In this document: positions 18,500 through 29,400 of the stretch, piece by piece
Layout of the letters: each line of letters begins with the position of its first letter
Position numbering within the stretch: position 1 is the stretch's first letter
DNA from: an uncultured archaeon
GTDB taxonomy: Archaea; Thermoproteota; Bathyarchaeia; Bathyarchaeales; Bathycorpusculaceae
Length of the DNA stretch: 64,000 bases
NCBI GenBank assembly: GCA_963810275.1
Contig: CAWENF010000021.1
Span: 64,001 to 128,000 of the forward strand
Direction of reading: 5' to 3'
The notes under the pieces: generated by a model
What the model was told of the DNA's origin: nothing
Database searches by the model: none
Seen by the model: only the letters and a program-made list of their open reading frames with translations
Program-made: the position numbers and the translations under genes

Positions 18500-19420
18500 C
18501 TATGCCAAGCTTTTGCCTATTATTAAACCTAAAATAAAACTAAATAGTGGTGCTACTATCCAGCCCACTACAATAGTGATAAATGGTTTTAGAGACATAA
18601 ATCGGCTCTTATACGTTAATCCTGCCCCAAAAACCGCTGCTGAGAGTGTCTGAGTATTTGAAAGCGGGATATTAAAAGCTGTAGCTATTTCAACCATTAG
18701 TGTGGACGCCAAGAGAGTAACAGTCGTATTGGGATACCGCATTAAGAAGAGTTCTTGAGAGACTCTTTTAATTTCACCTGCACTAAAATAAAACGAGCCA
18801 ATGAATATGGCAATAACCGCCCCAATTATGGTTGTTAGGCTAACGCTGCCCGTGGCAACTATTAGTCCAAGTGTGTTTGCACCAAGAACATATGCTGAAG
18901 AAAAAGAGAATACTATTATGGCTATTTTGTAGATTTTCAAGCGCTTCCAAATGTGTTTGGATTTTTTAAGGTGGAGGAGTTTTAATGCAAAATACGCAAA
19001 CAAAATAGCCACAACAGGCGCAATAAACCACATCACTACAACGTCAAATATATAACCTTGATTTATCAAACTCCCCCTCGCAATCGATAACCCTGCAAGT
19101 AAACCTGCAAGCGACATGGTATAAGAAAGCGGAACTCTCATAACATCAGCAACTATAAAAATTATTATAGTAACCAGAAGTGATGCTGCTTGAAGTTCTG
19201 GTGTAATATTTGGAAATAGATTTTCAACTGATTTTGTCATGAGTGTTCCTTGAATAAGCAGTCCACTTGTAAATCCAACAGCGCCTAAAAGGATTCCAAA
19301 ATTTTTTCTCAAAATTCTTGAACCTATCGCTGGGCCAACGCATGCCGATAAGTTATTTCCTGAAACTAACATAACCGTTAGAAAGGTTAGCGCGATTAGA
19401 GCAAGCGATATTAATGACAT
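18500..19420 (-). CDS. Inorganic phosphate transporter (PiT family)
   Basis: Motifs SGNNLSACVG, PLS, LGANT and IPLSNTQ. Downstream of a DUF47 gene. Confidence 0.85.
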   Translation of the reverse strand: MSLISLALIALTFLTVMLVSGNNLSACVGPAIGSRILRKNFGILLGAVGFTSGLLIQGTLMTKSVENLFPNITPELQAASLLVTIIIFIVADVMRVPLSYTMSLAGLLAGLSIARGSLINQGYIFDVVVMWFIAPVVAILFAYFALKLLHLKKSKHIWKRLKIYKIAIIVFSFSSAYVLGANTLGLIVATGSVSLTTIIGAVIAIFIGSFYFSAGEIKRVSQELFLMRYPNTTVTLLASTLMVEIATAFNIPLSNTQTLSAAVFGAGLTYKSRFMSLKPFITIVVGWIVAPLFSFILGLIIGKSLA

Positions 19421-19427
19421 TTTTTCC

Positions 19428-20112
19428 TCACTTAAGAATCGACGTAATTATTGAAACAATCAATTGTGAAGCATCCTCGCATGAGTCTAGAATGTCATCG
19501 GATTTATGAAGAACCTCTGAATAATGAAAAAACTGTAAGTACGTCAAATTTGGAGATATTCGGTACAGTTTATCGAAGCCTTGGTCTTTCACTTCGTCGC
19601 CCCTTTTCTTCTAATGCTTCGATTTCTTTAAGTAAACCAGCAGTTTCAGATTCATCGGACGTAGAGAGCATTTCCTTTAATTTTTGAAGAGACATTTGCC
19701 CAAAACTAAATATGTTCTCATATATCGACTCCCAGGCTGCTTCTTGATGTGCCTTAAAATCAATCGAGTGGGTTTCAGACATTCGATTTAGTTCTCTACT
19801 TATATAGTAATGGATATCGATAATATTGTCAGCAATATGGATGCATTCAAGAAAATTATCAATTATATTCGGGCTGATTGCGCCACCTGTAACCTCCTCG
19901 CTTAGTTTAAAAGCCATTTTATCAGATTTTTTTTCTAAAGCACGCACGCATTGCATGTGTGTAGATAACACATGTTCTTCATAGTTTGCCTTGAGCATTT
20001 CATTAATGATGGAATTTGTTTCAAGCGATATATCTATTATCTCTGAGAGTCCTTTGAAAACATTTTTTTCACCAACAACGAGAAGCCCATTCAAAAGTTT
20101 CATAAATAGCAT
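19428..20112 (-). pseudogene. DUF47/PhoU-like Pit accessory protein with one +1 frameshift
   Basis: Contains LEKKSD and ADNIID. An extra G in AAAAGGGG (~19600-19603) shifts the frame; the other frame continues EEKGDEVKDQGFDKLY...DDILDSCEDASQLIVSIITSILK* to 19428. Confidence 0.85.
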
Positions 20113-20472
20113 CTCCAAAAAATTGAAACAATCCTGTGTACTATAAACAGAGGTGGTCTTTAAAAATTAGACTTCAAACAAGATCAAAATCAACCAACCT
20201 TCAATTTGGTTGTTTTACAAGTACAGGCATTTCGTGTCTACTGGATAACTTTTATTATTTCAATGTATTAAGTTCTACGTTAAGCGCTAACCCGCCACCT
20301 TTCGAAGTTTTTTTCGCACACATTCATATTTTTGTTGCGATCGATGCAGTGAACCAACAGTACAGAGCAGCGATAAGCAAAGTCGCTTCTCTAATCAGGG
20401 AGAAATGCAAGTCTTCACAGCAAACTGACCGATGAATCTGTCTACAATGAGACGATTGTATTGCTTTTGTTG

Positions 20473-20856
20473 TTATTTTTTGGGTAAGTGTTTTTCAAAG
20501 TCCTCGTCGAAGTGGTCGATTAGGTTCTGTAAGCTCTCTGTAATTTCTTTCACTCGTTCTTTGGCATGCTTTTTGATTAATGCTGGGTCGAGTATGTCGT
20601 AGGTGTGATAGTATCCACCGCCTTTGATAGTTTTGGTTTGCTTGGTAACGAGGTTCAAGCTGACAAGTTTGGATAGGACGCGATGAACTGAACTTCGGTC
20701 TTTTTGGACTTCTGCGGCGATTTGGTCTAGATTTGCGTTTGGGTTTTTGACGACTGTTTGAAGTATTTCTATGTCAGTTGGTTTTAGATTATAGAGGCAT
20801 GTGAGCAAGTCGGTGCAAGATGCGCCTTTTTTTGTGAGCAGGATTATGCTTTCCAT
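20473..20856 (-). CDS. Winged-HTH transcriptional regulator (TrmB-like N-terminal domain)
   Basis: CTDLLTCLYNL, LDQIAAEVQKDRSSVHRVLSKLV and GGYYHTY. Divergent from thioredoxin. Confidence 0.85.
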   Translation of the reverse strand: MESIILLTKKGASCTDLLTCLYNLKPTDIEILQTVVKNPNANLDQIAAEVQKDRSSVHRVLSKLVSLNLVTKQTKTIKGGGYYHTYDILDPALIKKHAKERVKEITESLQNLIDHFDEDFEKHLPKK

Positions 20857-20888
20857 AGGTATGCAATGTGATTTCTAACATATAAACA

Positions 20889-20911
20889 GTATTGTTTTGT
20901 ATTGGCAATAC
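20889..20911. promoter_or_regulatory. Operator candidate in the divergent HTH/thioredoxin promoter region
   Basis: GTATTG-G-CAATAC palindrome at 20899-20911 plus an extra GTATTG half-site at 20889, between two divergent TATA-like boxes. Confidence 0.5.
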
Positions 20912-20963
20912 CGCAAGATATATTTGGCTGGTTGACCCTTATCTTATCAAGGAAGTGCAAGAG

Positions 20964-21071
20964 ATGGAGAAAAAATTAGAATGCCCACGAGGCATCCCAG
21001 AAGAGATGTGTGACCATGCTCCTACCTGCAACGTTTGGAAACTACGAGACGCAGCTAAAAATAAAGCATAA
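20964..21071 (+). CDS. Small Cys/His-containing protein (35 aa), not in ORF track
   Basis: MEKKLECPRGIPEEMCDHAPTCNVWKLRDAAKNKA*. Fills the gap between the promoter and trxA. Confidence 0.5.
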   Translation: MEKKLECPRGIPEEMCDHAPTCNVWKLRDAAKNKA

Positions 21072-21090
21072 TCACACTTGAGGGACATAT

Positions 21091-21498
21091 ATGTTTGAAG
21101 ATAAAGAGTTAGAACAAATAAAACAAAGAAAAATCCAAAAAATACTAGATCAAGCTGACCACCCAAAACAAATAAACATCCGCCCACTCAGCCTCGCAGA
21201 CGCCAACTTTGAAAATACCATGAAGACCAATCCACTCTTAGTTGTAGATTTCTGGGCGCCTTGGTGCGGACCATGCCGAACGGTCGGACCAGTAATTGAG
21301 CAACTAGCCGCAGAATACGCCGGCAAAGTAACCTTCGCCAAAATGAATGTGGATGAAAACCAAATTATCCCAAGCAGCTTTGCAATAAAGAGCATACCTA
21401 CAATCATCGTTTTCCATAATGGTCGTGAAGTGGAGCGAATAGTTGGGGCATACCCTAAAGCCCACATCGAAGCAACCTTCAAACAATATCTAGTATAA
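21091..21498 (+). CDS. trxA: Thioredoxin
   Basis: VDFWAPWCGPC and SIPT, with an N-terminal ELEQIK helix extension. Confidence 0.96.
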   Translation: MFEDKELEQIKQRKIQKILDQADHPKQINIRPLSLADANFENTMKTNPLLVVDFWAPWCGPCRTVGPVIEQLAAEYAGKVTFAKMNVDENQIIPSSFAIKSIPTIIVFHNGREVERIVGAYPKAHIEATFKQYLV

Positions 21499-21516
21499 TA
21501 TATGAGGCTATGAGAC

Positions 21517-22020
21517 ATGACTGAACCAAAAAATGGTCGACCAATTTTTTTCCCTGAGAAACTTGTTCATTGGGGAAATTTTGCTCTTTTTATATGGATT
21601 ATCCTTGATACAGTTGCATTCGCACTCTATAACTTCACAGTGGGACTCGTATTTTTCATACTCACGCTCATCCTGATCTACGGTGTCTTAAATATACTGG
21701 GCTGCCTGCGCCCCTGCTATAACTGCATAAAATGCACCCACGGAATGGGACGCTTAGCAGCATTGTACTTCGGCAGGCGCATCTTTAAAGACTACAGATA
21801 CAACTACAAGCTGCCCGGCGCAATATTTTTCACAATTTATATTGGCGCCTTCCCAGCAGCATTCGCACTTTACTCAACCCTACAAAATTTCACAACAATC
21901 AAAGTAGCGGTGTTTGCGGTACTCTTAGCATTCACTCTATATAGCGCTTTAACATGGCGACCGAAAAAATCTAAACCTGCACAAGCCGCTATCGCTAAGA
22001 CCCTCAATTTCCATCTTTGA
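21517..22020 (+). CDS. Membrane protein with Cys cluster
   Basis: 4 TM helices. CLRPCYNCIKCTHG lies between TM2 and TM3. Confidence 0.75.
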   Translation: MTEPKNGRPIFFPEKLVHWGNFALFIWIILDTVAFALYNFTVGLVFFILTLILIYGVLNILGCLRPCYNCIKCTHGMGRLAALYFGRRIFKDYRYNYKLPGAIFFTIYIGAFPAAFALYSTLQNFTTIKVAVFAVLLAFTLYSALTWRPKKSKPAQAAIAKTLNFHL

Positions 22021-22197
22021 CAAAAAGGCATCACTAACAATAGCCTGTAAAGAATTTCGAATATCATGCCCAACCATACCTGCAGTTGCATCTATGGCAG
22101 CTAAACGTTCAGAATCTCTGAGCTTGGTTGTTTGCTCATCAACAAGGTTCTCAAGAGTTATAGTATATTCTTGGAGTCTGTCTTTTGCCTCTATCAA
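21949..22197 (-). pseudogene. Histidine kinase HisKA fragment
   Basis: LRDSERLAAIDATAGMVGHDIRNSLQ closely matches the kinase segment at ~29130-29210. No sensor or ATPase domain. Confidence 0.8.
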
Positions 22198-22357
22198 ATG
22201 CCTCTTCGGCTTTTTTTAGACTGACAAAAAGGGTACTAAAAATTGACTGCTTTCACCAACGAAACAAAAAAATCATTTGCTGTAGCTAGTTCACAGTCAC
22301 ACAGCTTTATGAACGCTAAACCAGTTATAATAACTTAGAAAACGGAGAAGGCCATAC

Positions 22358-23065
22358 TTGTTAAAAGATTCGGCAAAAAACACAGCAGTGCTAATAGCTG
22401 CCATGAACGAGGAGAAAGGAGTCGGCTTAACAATCCAAGAAGTCTCAAACCACTTAACCACAAAACACATTTTGGTAATAGATGGCCACAGCAACGACCA
22501 AACACTAGATGTAGCAAAAGCCTTTGGCGCACAAACCCTCTCTCAGACGGGTAAAGGTAAAGGAGACGCAATAGCCCAAGCTATACCCTGGATGGACAAA
22601 AACATCGAGTTTGTAGTCTTAACAGATGCAGACTATACCTATCCAGCCGAATACCTGCCTAAAATGATCGAAATACTAGAAACCTACCCTGAAGTGGGCA
22701 TGGTTTGTGGCAATCGATTGTTTGGCAAAAGAGATAAGGAGGCTCTGCACTCAAAATTTTACTTTGGAAATAGAATGATTGCATTTGCGCATGGTTTTCT
22801 AAATGATATACAATTAGAGGATCCCTTGACTGGGCTGCGAGTTATTCGGGCTCAAATTTTTAGAGACTGGAAGGTAAAATCCAAAGGGTTTGATATTGAG
22901 GTTGAGCTTAACTCTGAGGTTCAAAAACAGGGTTATGAAGCGGTGGAGATTCCGATCAGTTATAGGCCTCGAATAGGGGATAAAAAATTAAAAATCAAAG
23001 ATGGTCTTACTATATTTAAAAGGATACTACTTGAAGCCATGAACTTTACCATTTATGTTGATTAG
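22358..23065 (+). CDS. Glycosyltransferase family 2 (DPM1-like)
   Basis: Motifs IAAMNEE, IDGHSND, GKG, TDADYTY, DPLTGLR, GFDIEVE and YRPRIG. Confidence 0.92.
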   Translation: MLKDSAKNTAVLIAAMNEEKGVGLTIQEVSNHLTTKHILVIDGHSNDQTLDVAKAFGAQTLSQTGKGKGDAIAQAIPWMDKNIEFVVLTDADYTYPAEYLPKMIEILETYPEVGMVCGNRLFGKRDKEALHSKFYFGNRMIAFAHGFLNDIQLEDPLTGLRVIRAQIFRDWKVKSKGFDIEVELNSEVQKQGYEAVEIPISYRPRIGDKKLKIKDGLTIFKRILLEAMNFTIYVD

Positions 23066-23363
23066 ACTGGGTTATGGCGCTCATTTCTAAAAAGATTTGC
23101 TTTATTGTGTTATCTCCTTTTTGTGTTAGTTTGTATTTTCTTTTAGCTCTTTTCGAAGTTATATCCCATTCGGATTTCACTAATTTTTCTTTTTCTAATT
23201 TTGCAAGTTCTCCATAGAGAGTTGAGTGGGGTAATAGGATGTCGTGCTTTTTTTTCAGTGATTTGTTTATTGCATATCCGTGCTTGCTGGTTTCTGGTGT
23301 TTCTTTTATGATATTTAGTAGTACACTTTGGAGTATTGCTCCATGCAAGAATCCTTTTTTCAT
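23046..23363 (-). CDS. PadR family transcriptional regulator
   Basis: Motifs HGYAI, STLY..L.KLE, V.SEW and RKYKLTQKG. Confidence 0.88.
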   Translation of the reverse strand: MKKGFLHGAILQSVLLNIIKETPETSKHGYAINKSLKKKHDILLPHSTLYGELAKLEKEKLVKSEWDITSKRAKRKYKLTQKGDNTIKQIFLEMSAITQSNQHKW

Positions 23364-23377
23364 TTTTCTCCTTCCTC

Positions 23378-23425
23378 AATATTTACGATATTAACTGATT
23401 TATTAAGTGTGAATATACGATATTA
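23378..23425. promoter_or_regulatory. Repeated operator candidate upstream of padR
   Basis: TACGATATTA direct repeat at 23384-23393 and 23416-23425, each inside an AATAT..ATATT imperfect palindrome, flanking an AT-rich TATA-like element. Confidence 0.4.
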
Positions 23426-23764
23426 GTGTGAGTGGTAGTCTAACCCCTACAACAACCAACCCCTAAGGAGCACAAAAAACAACTTTACATTAACAAAAAT
23501 AGTCAAAGAAATACAATCTATTTGTATTTTTTTCAAGGTATTGTTGAAGCTCACTGCTTGAGTATATAACAAAAAATGGCATAATCTTTCCCCACGGGAC
23601 AATTTCTTTCTTACTTAAAGAAATATGTAACAAGGCAATCATTTGATTTTTTGTTTAAATAGTCCTCAGAAAATTGCTTGATATGACTGAAGCGGACAAT
23701 TAGCCTATACAAGCAAATTAATAATATCATAAATTACATATATAGATAAAAAGCTATTGAGAGG

Positions 23765-24736
23765 ATGCTAAGGCTGACTAAATCAAGACAATTGGTAATA
23801 GAAACTAAAGCCTTAACCAAAAATTATGGAAGCATAAATGCGCTCGACTCTTTGTACCTTAAAGTTCCGCAAAACTCAATTTTTGGTTTCTTGGGTCCTA
23901 ACGGCGCCGGAAAAACAACTACCATGAAATTACTATTAGGATTAGCCAAGCCATCCTCAGGAACCGGCAGCATATTCGGACTAGACATGGTAAAAAAATC
24001 GATTCAGATTCGACAACGAATAGGATATTTGCCACAATATCCACGCTTCCCAAAACAAAAAACTATCCGAGAAATACTGAAATTTTCTTTAGGATTCTTT
24101 TTTAAAGGTCCAACTGATCAAGCTCGCAAGCAAATCGAAGAAATGCTCAGAATTGTCGATTTAACAGAAAAAGGTGAGAGATATATTGGGAATCTATCAG
24201 GAGGCGAACTACAACGCCTGGGTCTTGCTCAGGCTCAAATAAACGAGCCGGATCTACTAATTCTTGACGAACCAGCAGCGTCACTAGATCCGATCGGCAG
24301 AAATGACGTCCTACAAGTTATGAAGCGCCTAAGTAAAAAATCAACAATTTTCTATTCAACCCATATTTTAGATGACGTACAAAAAGTTAGTGACTCAGTA
24401 GCTATATTAAATCAAGGAAGACTCATGGCGCAAGGTCCAATAGAAAGCCTAATGTCAGCAGAAGAAAAATCGGTATATGAGGTAAAAATAAAGAACGCTT
24501 CCCAAGAATTGTATGAAGAAGTCTCAAACCTAAAATGGGTAACAAATATCAACAAGGTAACTAAAGAACTTCAGGAAAAATGGTTTATTGGAGTAAACAA
24601 TGAAAAAGAAGCCGAAGGTAAGCTGCTAAGATTCCTGCTCAAAGATTCCAAAGTAAATGTTTTAGAATTCAACAAACAAACCTACGAGCTCGAGGATATA
24701 TTCTTGAAATTAATAATGGACGGCAAAAAACCATGA
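23765..24736 (+). CDS. ABC transporter ATP-binding protein
   Basis: Motifs GPNGAGKTT, LSGGE, LILDEP and STH. Confidence 0.95.
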   Translation: MLRLTKSRQLVIETKALTKNYGSINALDSLYLKVPQNSIFGFLGPNGAGKTTTMKLLLGLAKPSSGTGSIFGLDMVKKSIQIRQRIGYLPQYPRFPKQKTIREILKFSLGFFFKGPTDQARKQIEEMLRIVDLTEKGERYIGNLSGGELQRLGLAQAQINEPDLLILDEPAASLDPIGRNDVLQVMKRLSKKSTIFYSTHILDDVQKVSDSVAILNQGRLMAQGPIESLMSAEEKSVYEVKIKNASQELYEEVSNLKWVTNINKVTKELQEKWFIGVNNEKEAEGKLLRFLLKDSKVNVLEFNKQTYELEDIFLKLIMDGKKP

Positions 24737-25527
24737 CCGAAAACGCTAAGACGATTCAATTAAAATCCGCTTGGAATTCAGGCCTAACTAACTTAGTAAG
24801 CTTTGAAATAGGTCATTGGTGGAAAACCAAGCGTTGGTGGCTGCAAACATTAGTCTGGGTAGCATTGATAGATGGTCCACTGGCTCTAGCAGTCTGGTTG
24901 AGTTCCTCAGAGATAGTTGCGACACAGCAAATAGTCTTTGATCTAACATCTTTAACATCAGTTTATGTAGGCATGGCTAGCTTTTTTGGTCCTTTTGGAA
25001 TAATAATTCTAATGCATGGATCTGTACTTGCAGAAAGACAATCAGGCATAACCTCCTGGATACTATCAAAACCAGTTTCAAGACTCGCATACATAGTTTC
25101 AAAATTTATTGGAAACGCAACAGGAATTCTATTTTCAATAGTCCTAATCCCCGGTATTCTAGCGTACTTAATACTCTCGATTGGGTTTGTTGGTAATTGG
25201 CTGCCTGCCAGTTTCTTAGGTGCTTTGGGATTAATCGCCATTGAAGCGCTATTCTACATTGCACTAACCTTGATGTTGAGCACCGTATTTAAACAACAGA
25301 TTCCAGTATTAGCGGTGGCCATAGGATTTTTCCTTTCTCAGCAATTTATTATCCTGGTTGTCCCAGCAGCTGTTAGTTTCTTGCCTCTTAGCCTTTCGGG
25401 GGTATTATTTACACCTTTAGCACTAACCCAAAAATTGGTTGCAGTCTTTCCTATATTGATAAACTTGCTCTGGATCGGTCTATTGATCTGCTTAGCTATC
25501 TACTGGTTTAAAAAGGAAGAATTCTGA
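24733..25527 (+). CDS. ABC-2 type permease
   Basis: 6 TM helices, ERQSG...ILSKPVSR. ATGA overlap with the ATPase gene. Confidence 0.9.
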   Translation: MTENAKTIQLKSAWNSGLTNLVSFEIGHWWKTKRWWLQTLVWVALIDGPLALAVWLSSSEIVATQQIVFDLTSLTSVYVGMASFFGPFGIIILMHGSVLAERQSGITSWILSKPVSRLAYIVSKFIGNATGILFSIVLIPGILAYLILSIGFVGNWLPASFLGALGLIAIEALFYIALTLMLSTVFKQQIPVLAVAIGFFLSQQFIILVVPAAVSFLPLSLSGVLFTPLALTQKLVAVFPILINLLWIGLLICLAIYWFKKEEF

Positions 25528-26068
25528 GCGACCGCATTTCTCTCAAAAATTTTAAAAAAGAGTGTTGTGCTCCGACTTATTGGAAATGAAGCCAATTATC
25601 AGTAGAGCTGTTACTTTGAATGAAGAGGCTTTGTACTTCATTGTAGCTATGGAGAAAATGATGAAATTAAGCCTGATATACTCAAATCAGTAAAGCGGAG
25701 AATTGAGGGTCTCCACACTTATTTTGTCCTTGCTTGATTACTTCCTATATCTATTAATGATTTTCGCCATTCTTAATGGTTTTAAAGAGCAAAACTGAAA
25801 TTTCATGATTAATAATTAGCGTGAGTTTACGTTCCTCAGTTTTAATGTTAACTGTTATATTGGCAGCCCCCGCAAGGAGATTGTTGATAATCGATGGCAA
25901 GCTGAACTATGAAGAACTTGGAGTTACTCAAAAACGCAGTTAAGCTTGTGTGGGAACTCTAAATAGAAATGTCAAAAGTTGTAACATAATAGCAGTAAAG
26001 AGGTAAAAAACCGCTTTTTTTTGCTGGTTCAAGTAGCATCTCGCCCATAAACCTGCTTTCACGTCGAA

Positions 26069-26419
26069 ATGCTTTTACATTTAAAAATAGATTTTATTGA
26101 TGTGACAAATTCTAATTATATCATGGTTCGTGTAATTTCTAATGTGTTAGAATCTCTTCCTGAGGGGGATCACTTCTATATAGAGCTCCAAAAATTGGGG
26201 CTTACAATTGAAGATATACCTTTAAACCTGTACGGTTTCCATGAAGCTCTTAAGAACACCTTTGGAAAACACCATTTCTCTGTTGAAAGCAAAATAATCA
26301 AATTTCTGCATGAAAGTACCAAACAGGGAATCTACGAAGAGGAAGACGCAGCTAAGATTGCCAGCCAACTTATCGGCGTATTTACTAAAGAACACGAAAA
26401 AGAGATAGAGAGCAACTAA
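26069..26419 (+). CDS. Hypothetical protein (DUF3227/NitrOD5-like signalling output domain)
   Basis: DIP....F..AL...FG.....VE..II pattern. Lies upstream of the hybrid kinase. Confidence 0.55.
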   Translation: MLLHLKIDFIDVTNSNYIMVRVISNVLESLPEGDHFYIELQKLGLTIEDIPLNLYGFHEALKNTFGKHHFSVESKIIKFLHESTKQGIYEEEDAAKIASQLIGVFTKEHEKEIESN

Positions 26420-26471
26420 AAAAGAGTTAAACCATAACTTGGTCAGGCAAAAGGAATTTATTAAGTTATAA

Positions 26472-29400
26472 TTGTATAATCAATTCTTATTTACGCTGGG
26501 TGAATTGTTACGGCAGACAAAACAGAAGCGAATTCCAAAAGAATCAACTGATAAAAAGAATGATGAATTTCCAATCGTTGGTATTGGCGCTTCCGCAGGC
26601 GGATTAGAGCCTATTAGAGAACTTCTCAGGTATCTTCCAAATACGTTAGGGCTATCTTTTGTCATCATTCAACATTTAGCGGCTGGACAAGAAAGCCTGC
26701 TACCCGAAATTCTTGCAAGATCCACCCAAATGCAAGTTGTCCAAGTTACAGATAACATGAAAGTTACAGAAAACCACGTCTATGTTATCCCACCGGGAAC
26801 AACAATGACCTTAGAAAACGACTGCCTAAAGCTTGTGCCAAAAGTCGCCTCAGAGAGACCGATTAACTCATTCTTCACTTCTTTAGCTATTGAACGAAAA
26901 TCACAGGCAATCGGAATAGTACTCTCAGGTTTAGGTAACGATGGAACTGAAGGACTCAAGGCAATCAAAGCCGAAGGCGGAATCACCTTTGCACAAGAAC
27001 CAAAAAATGCTCAGTACGCCGATATGCCCCGCAACGCTATTGACTCACAGGCAGTAGATTTCGTTCTCCAACCTGAAAGAATTGCAAAAGAATTAACGAT
27101 TTTAGCAAAACACCCTAATCTAATTCATGCCAAAGCAAAAGAACTGGAGATTCAACTATCCAAAGAAGAAACTGATCTTAGAAAAATACTCATGTTAATC
27201 AAAACCACTTTTGGTGTAGATTTTACCCACTACAAACAAACTACCATTAACCGTCGAATAACCCGCCGTTTGGTTATCAACAAATCAGAGAACTTGCGTG
27301 AATATGTGGATGTTTTACGCTCTAACAAAAAAGAGTTACAGACATTATTTGATGACTTGCTCATAGGTGTTACCAGTTTCTTTAGAGAGCCAAAAACGTT
27401 TGAAATCTTAAAACAAAAAGTGTTCCCTCAAATAATACAGGACAGATCATCAGGCAGTGAAAAGCTGCGTTTTTGGGTTCCAGCATGCTCAACTGGTGAA
27501 GAAGCATATTCTCTTGCAATCGCTCTTCAAGAATATCTTCAAGATAACGATATACTCAATATTAGCGTGCAAATATTTGGAACCGACGCAAACGAAAAAA
27601 GCATAGAGAAAGCACGCCAAGGAACTTATCCCAAAGCAATAGAAGAGAACGTTTCTGAAGGTAGACTCAAGCAGTTTTTCACCAAGTTTGATGGACGATA
27701 TCAGATAGCAAAGCCTATACGGGATATGTGTGTTTTTGCCAAACACGACATAACCACTGACCCGCCCTTCTCCAATTTAGATCTTATTATTTGCCGCAAT
27801 TTGCTAATCTACTTTGACCCCTACCTCCAAGAAAGAGTCCTGCCAGTGCTGCATTACGGGCTAAAACCCGACGGTTTTCTAGTCTTAGGTGAATCGGAAA
27901 GCGTCGGAAAGTTTCAATACCTCTTTGAACCACTCACCATAAAAAGCACCATCTTTAAGAAAAAACGAGCCCAGCCGCAAGCGGCCATAGAGACGGGAAC
28001 TTTTGTACCGTACACGGCTAAGAAAATCTATAATCCGCCTCAAAAAACAGATGCAATGACTTCATTAAAACAAGAAATCGATAATGAATTAATCGAGCAG
28101 TATGTTCCTGCAACATTGCTAACTAACAGCAATTTAGATATTCTCTTTTTCCGCGGTCAAGTTAACCCATACCTAATACATGAATCTGGCGCCGCAAGCT
28201 TCAATGTTAAAAAAATTGTTAAAAAAGAGTTAAGGCCACAGGTTCAAATGGCTATTCTTAGAGCGAAAAAAGAAAACAAAGCAGTTACTGATCGAGTTAC
28301 ATTCGAAGAAAAAGAGATAAATAGAATAGTGGAAATTCAGGCTAAACCGTTTAACGCATCAGAGTTCGACGAGACCTTCTTCTTCATAAGCTTCAAAGAA
28401 TCATCAGTCCCTGCGCTTAAAACTCTCATAAATGAGGAAGAACCGAAACTAGCGGGTGAGGATTTACGAGAAAAACAAATCCGTGAGTTAACTGAAGATT
28501 TGATCGCCTCTAAGCAGACCTTACAATCCATTATTGAATCGCATGAAGCAACAACAGAAGAGTTACGTTCAACAATAGAAGAAGCGCAATCAAGCAACGA
28601 AGCCCTTCAGAGCACTAACGAGGAATTGGAAACAGCTAAAGAGGAGTTGCAATCAAGCAATGAAGAGTTACAGACCCTCAATGAGGAACTAAAAAATCGT
28701 AACGAATTACTAACCTCAACAAATGATGACTTGGCAAACTTGATAAAAAACGTCGATACCACAGTTGTTATAGTGGATAACAATTTTACAATAAGGCGGG
28801 CAACCGCGTCAGCTTGGGGCGCCCTTAACATTCAGCCATCAGATATTGGGCATGCTATTTTTGCAACAAATATTGGAAACTTCATCAAGAACTTAGAAAC
28901 CAAGCTAAATAACGTAACTACAAACTTTACGCAGGTAGTGCAAGAGGTAGCAGGACAAAATGGTTTGTACTATGAGCTTAGAATTCGCCCATATTTGACT
29001 TCCAGTAAAAAAATTGCTGGAGCCGTCTTAACCTTCGTTAACATTACGGAAAGAAAGCTTCTTGAAATACAGCAAAAAGGTCACACAGAGAAGCTTGAGG
29101 CGCACGTTAAAACCCAAGAAGCCAAATTGATCGATTCCGAACGCATGGCAGCTATTGGCCAAACCGCCGGAATGGTTGGACATGACCTCCGCAATCCTTT
29201 GCAAACTTTAGTCGGCGAATTATACTTGGCGGAAAAAGCTTTAGAAGAATTACCTGATAGTGAGCAGAAAGACAGCCTACATGAAAGCATAGCGGCTATT
29301 TCTGAGCAGATGCATTATATGGATAAGATAGTTAGTGATTTGCAGACTTTCGTTAAGCCGGTTGAGGTACATAAAGAAAAAATCGATTTAGAGAAGAAAA

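Noticed and set aside
20136-20435. 99-aa plus-strand ORF
   Set aside because: No SD or motif, and it starts within the promoter of the minus-strand gene.
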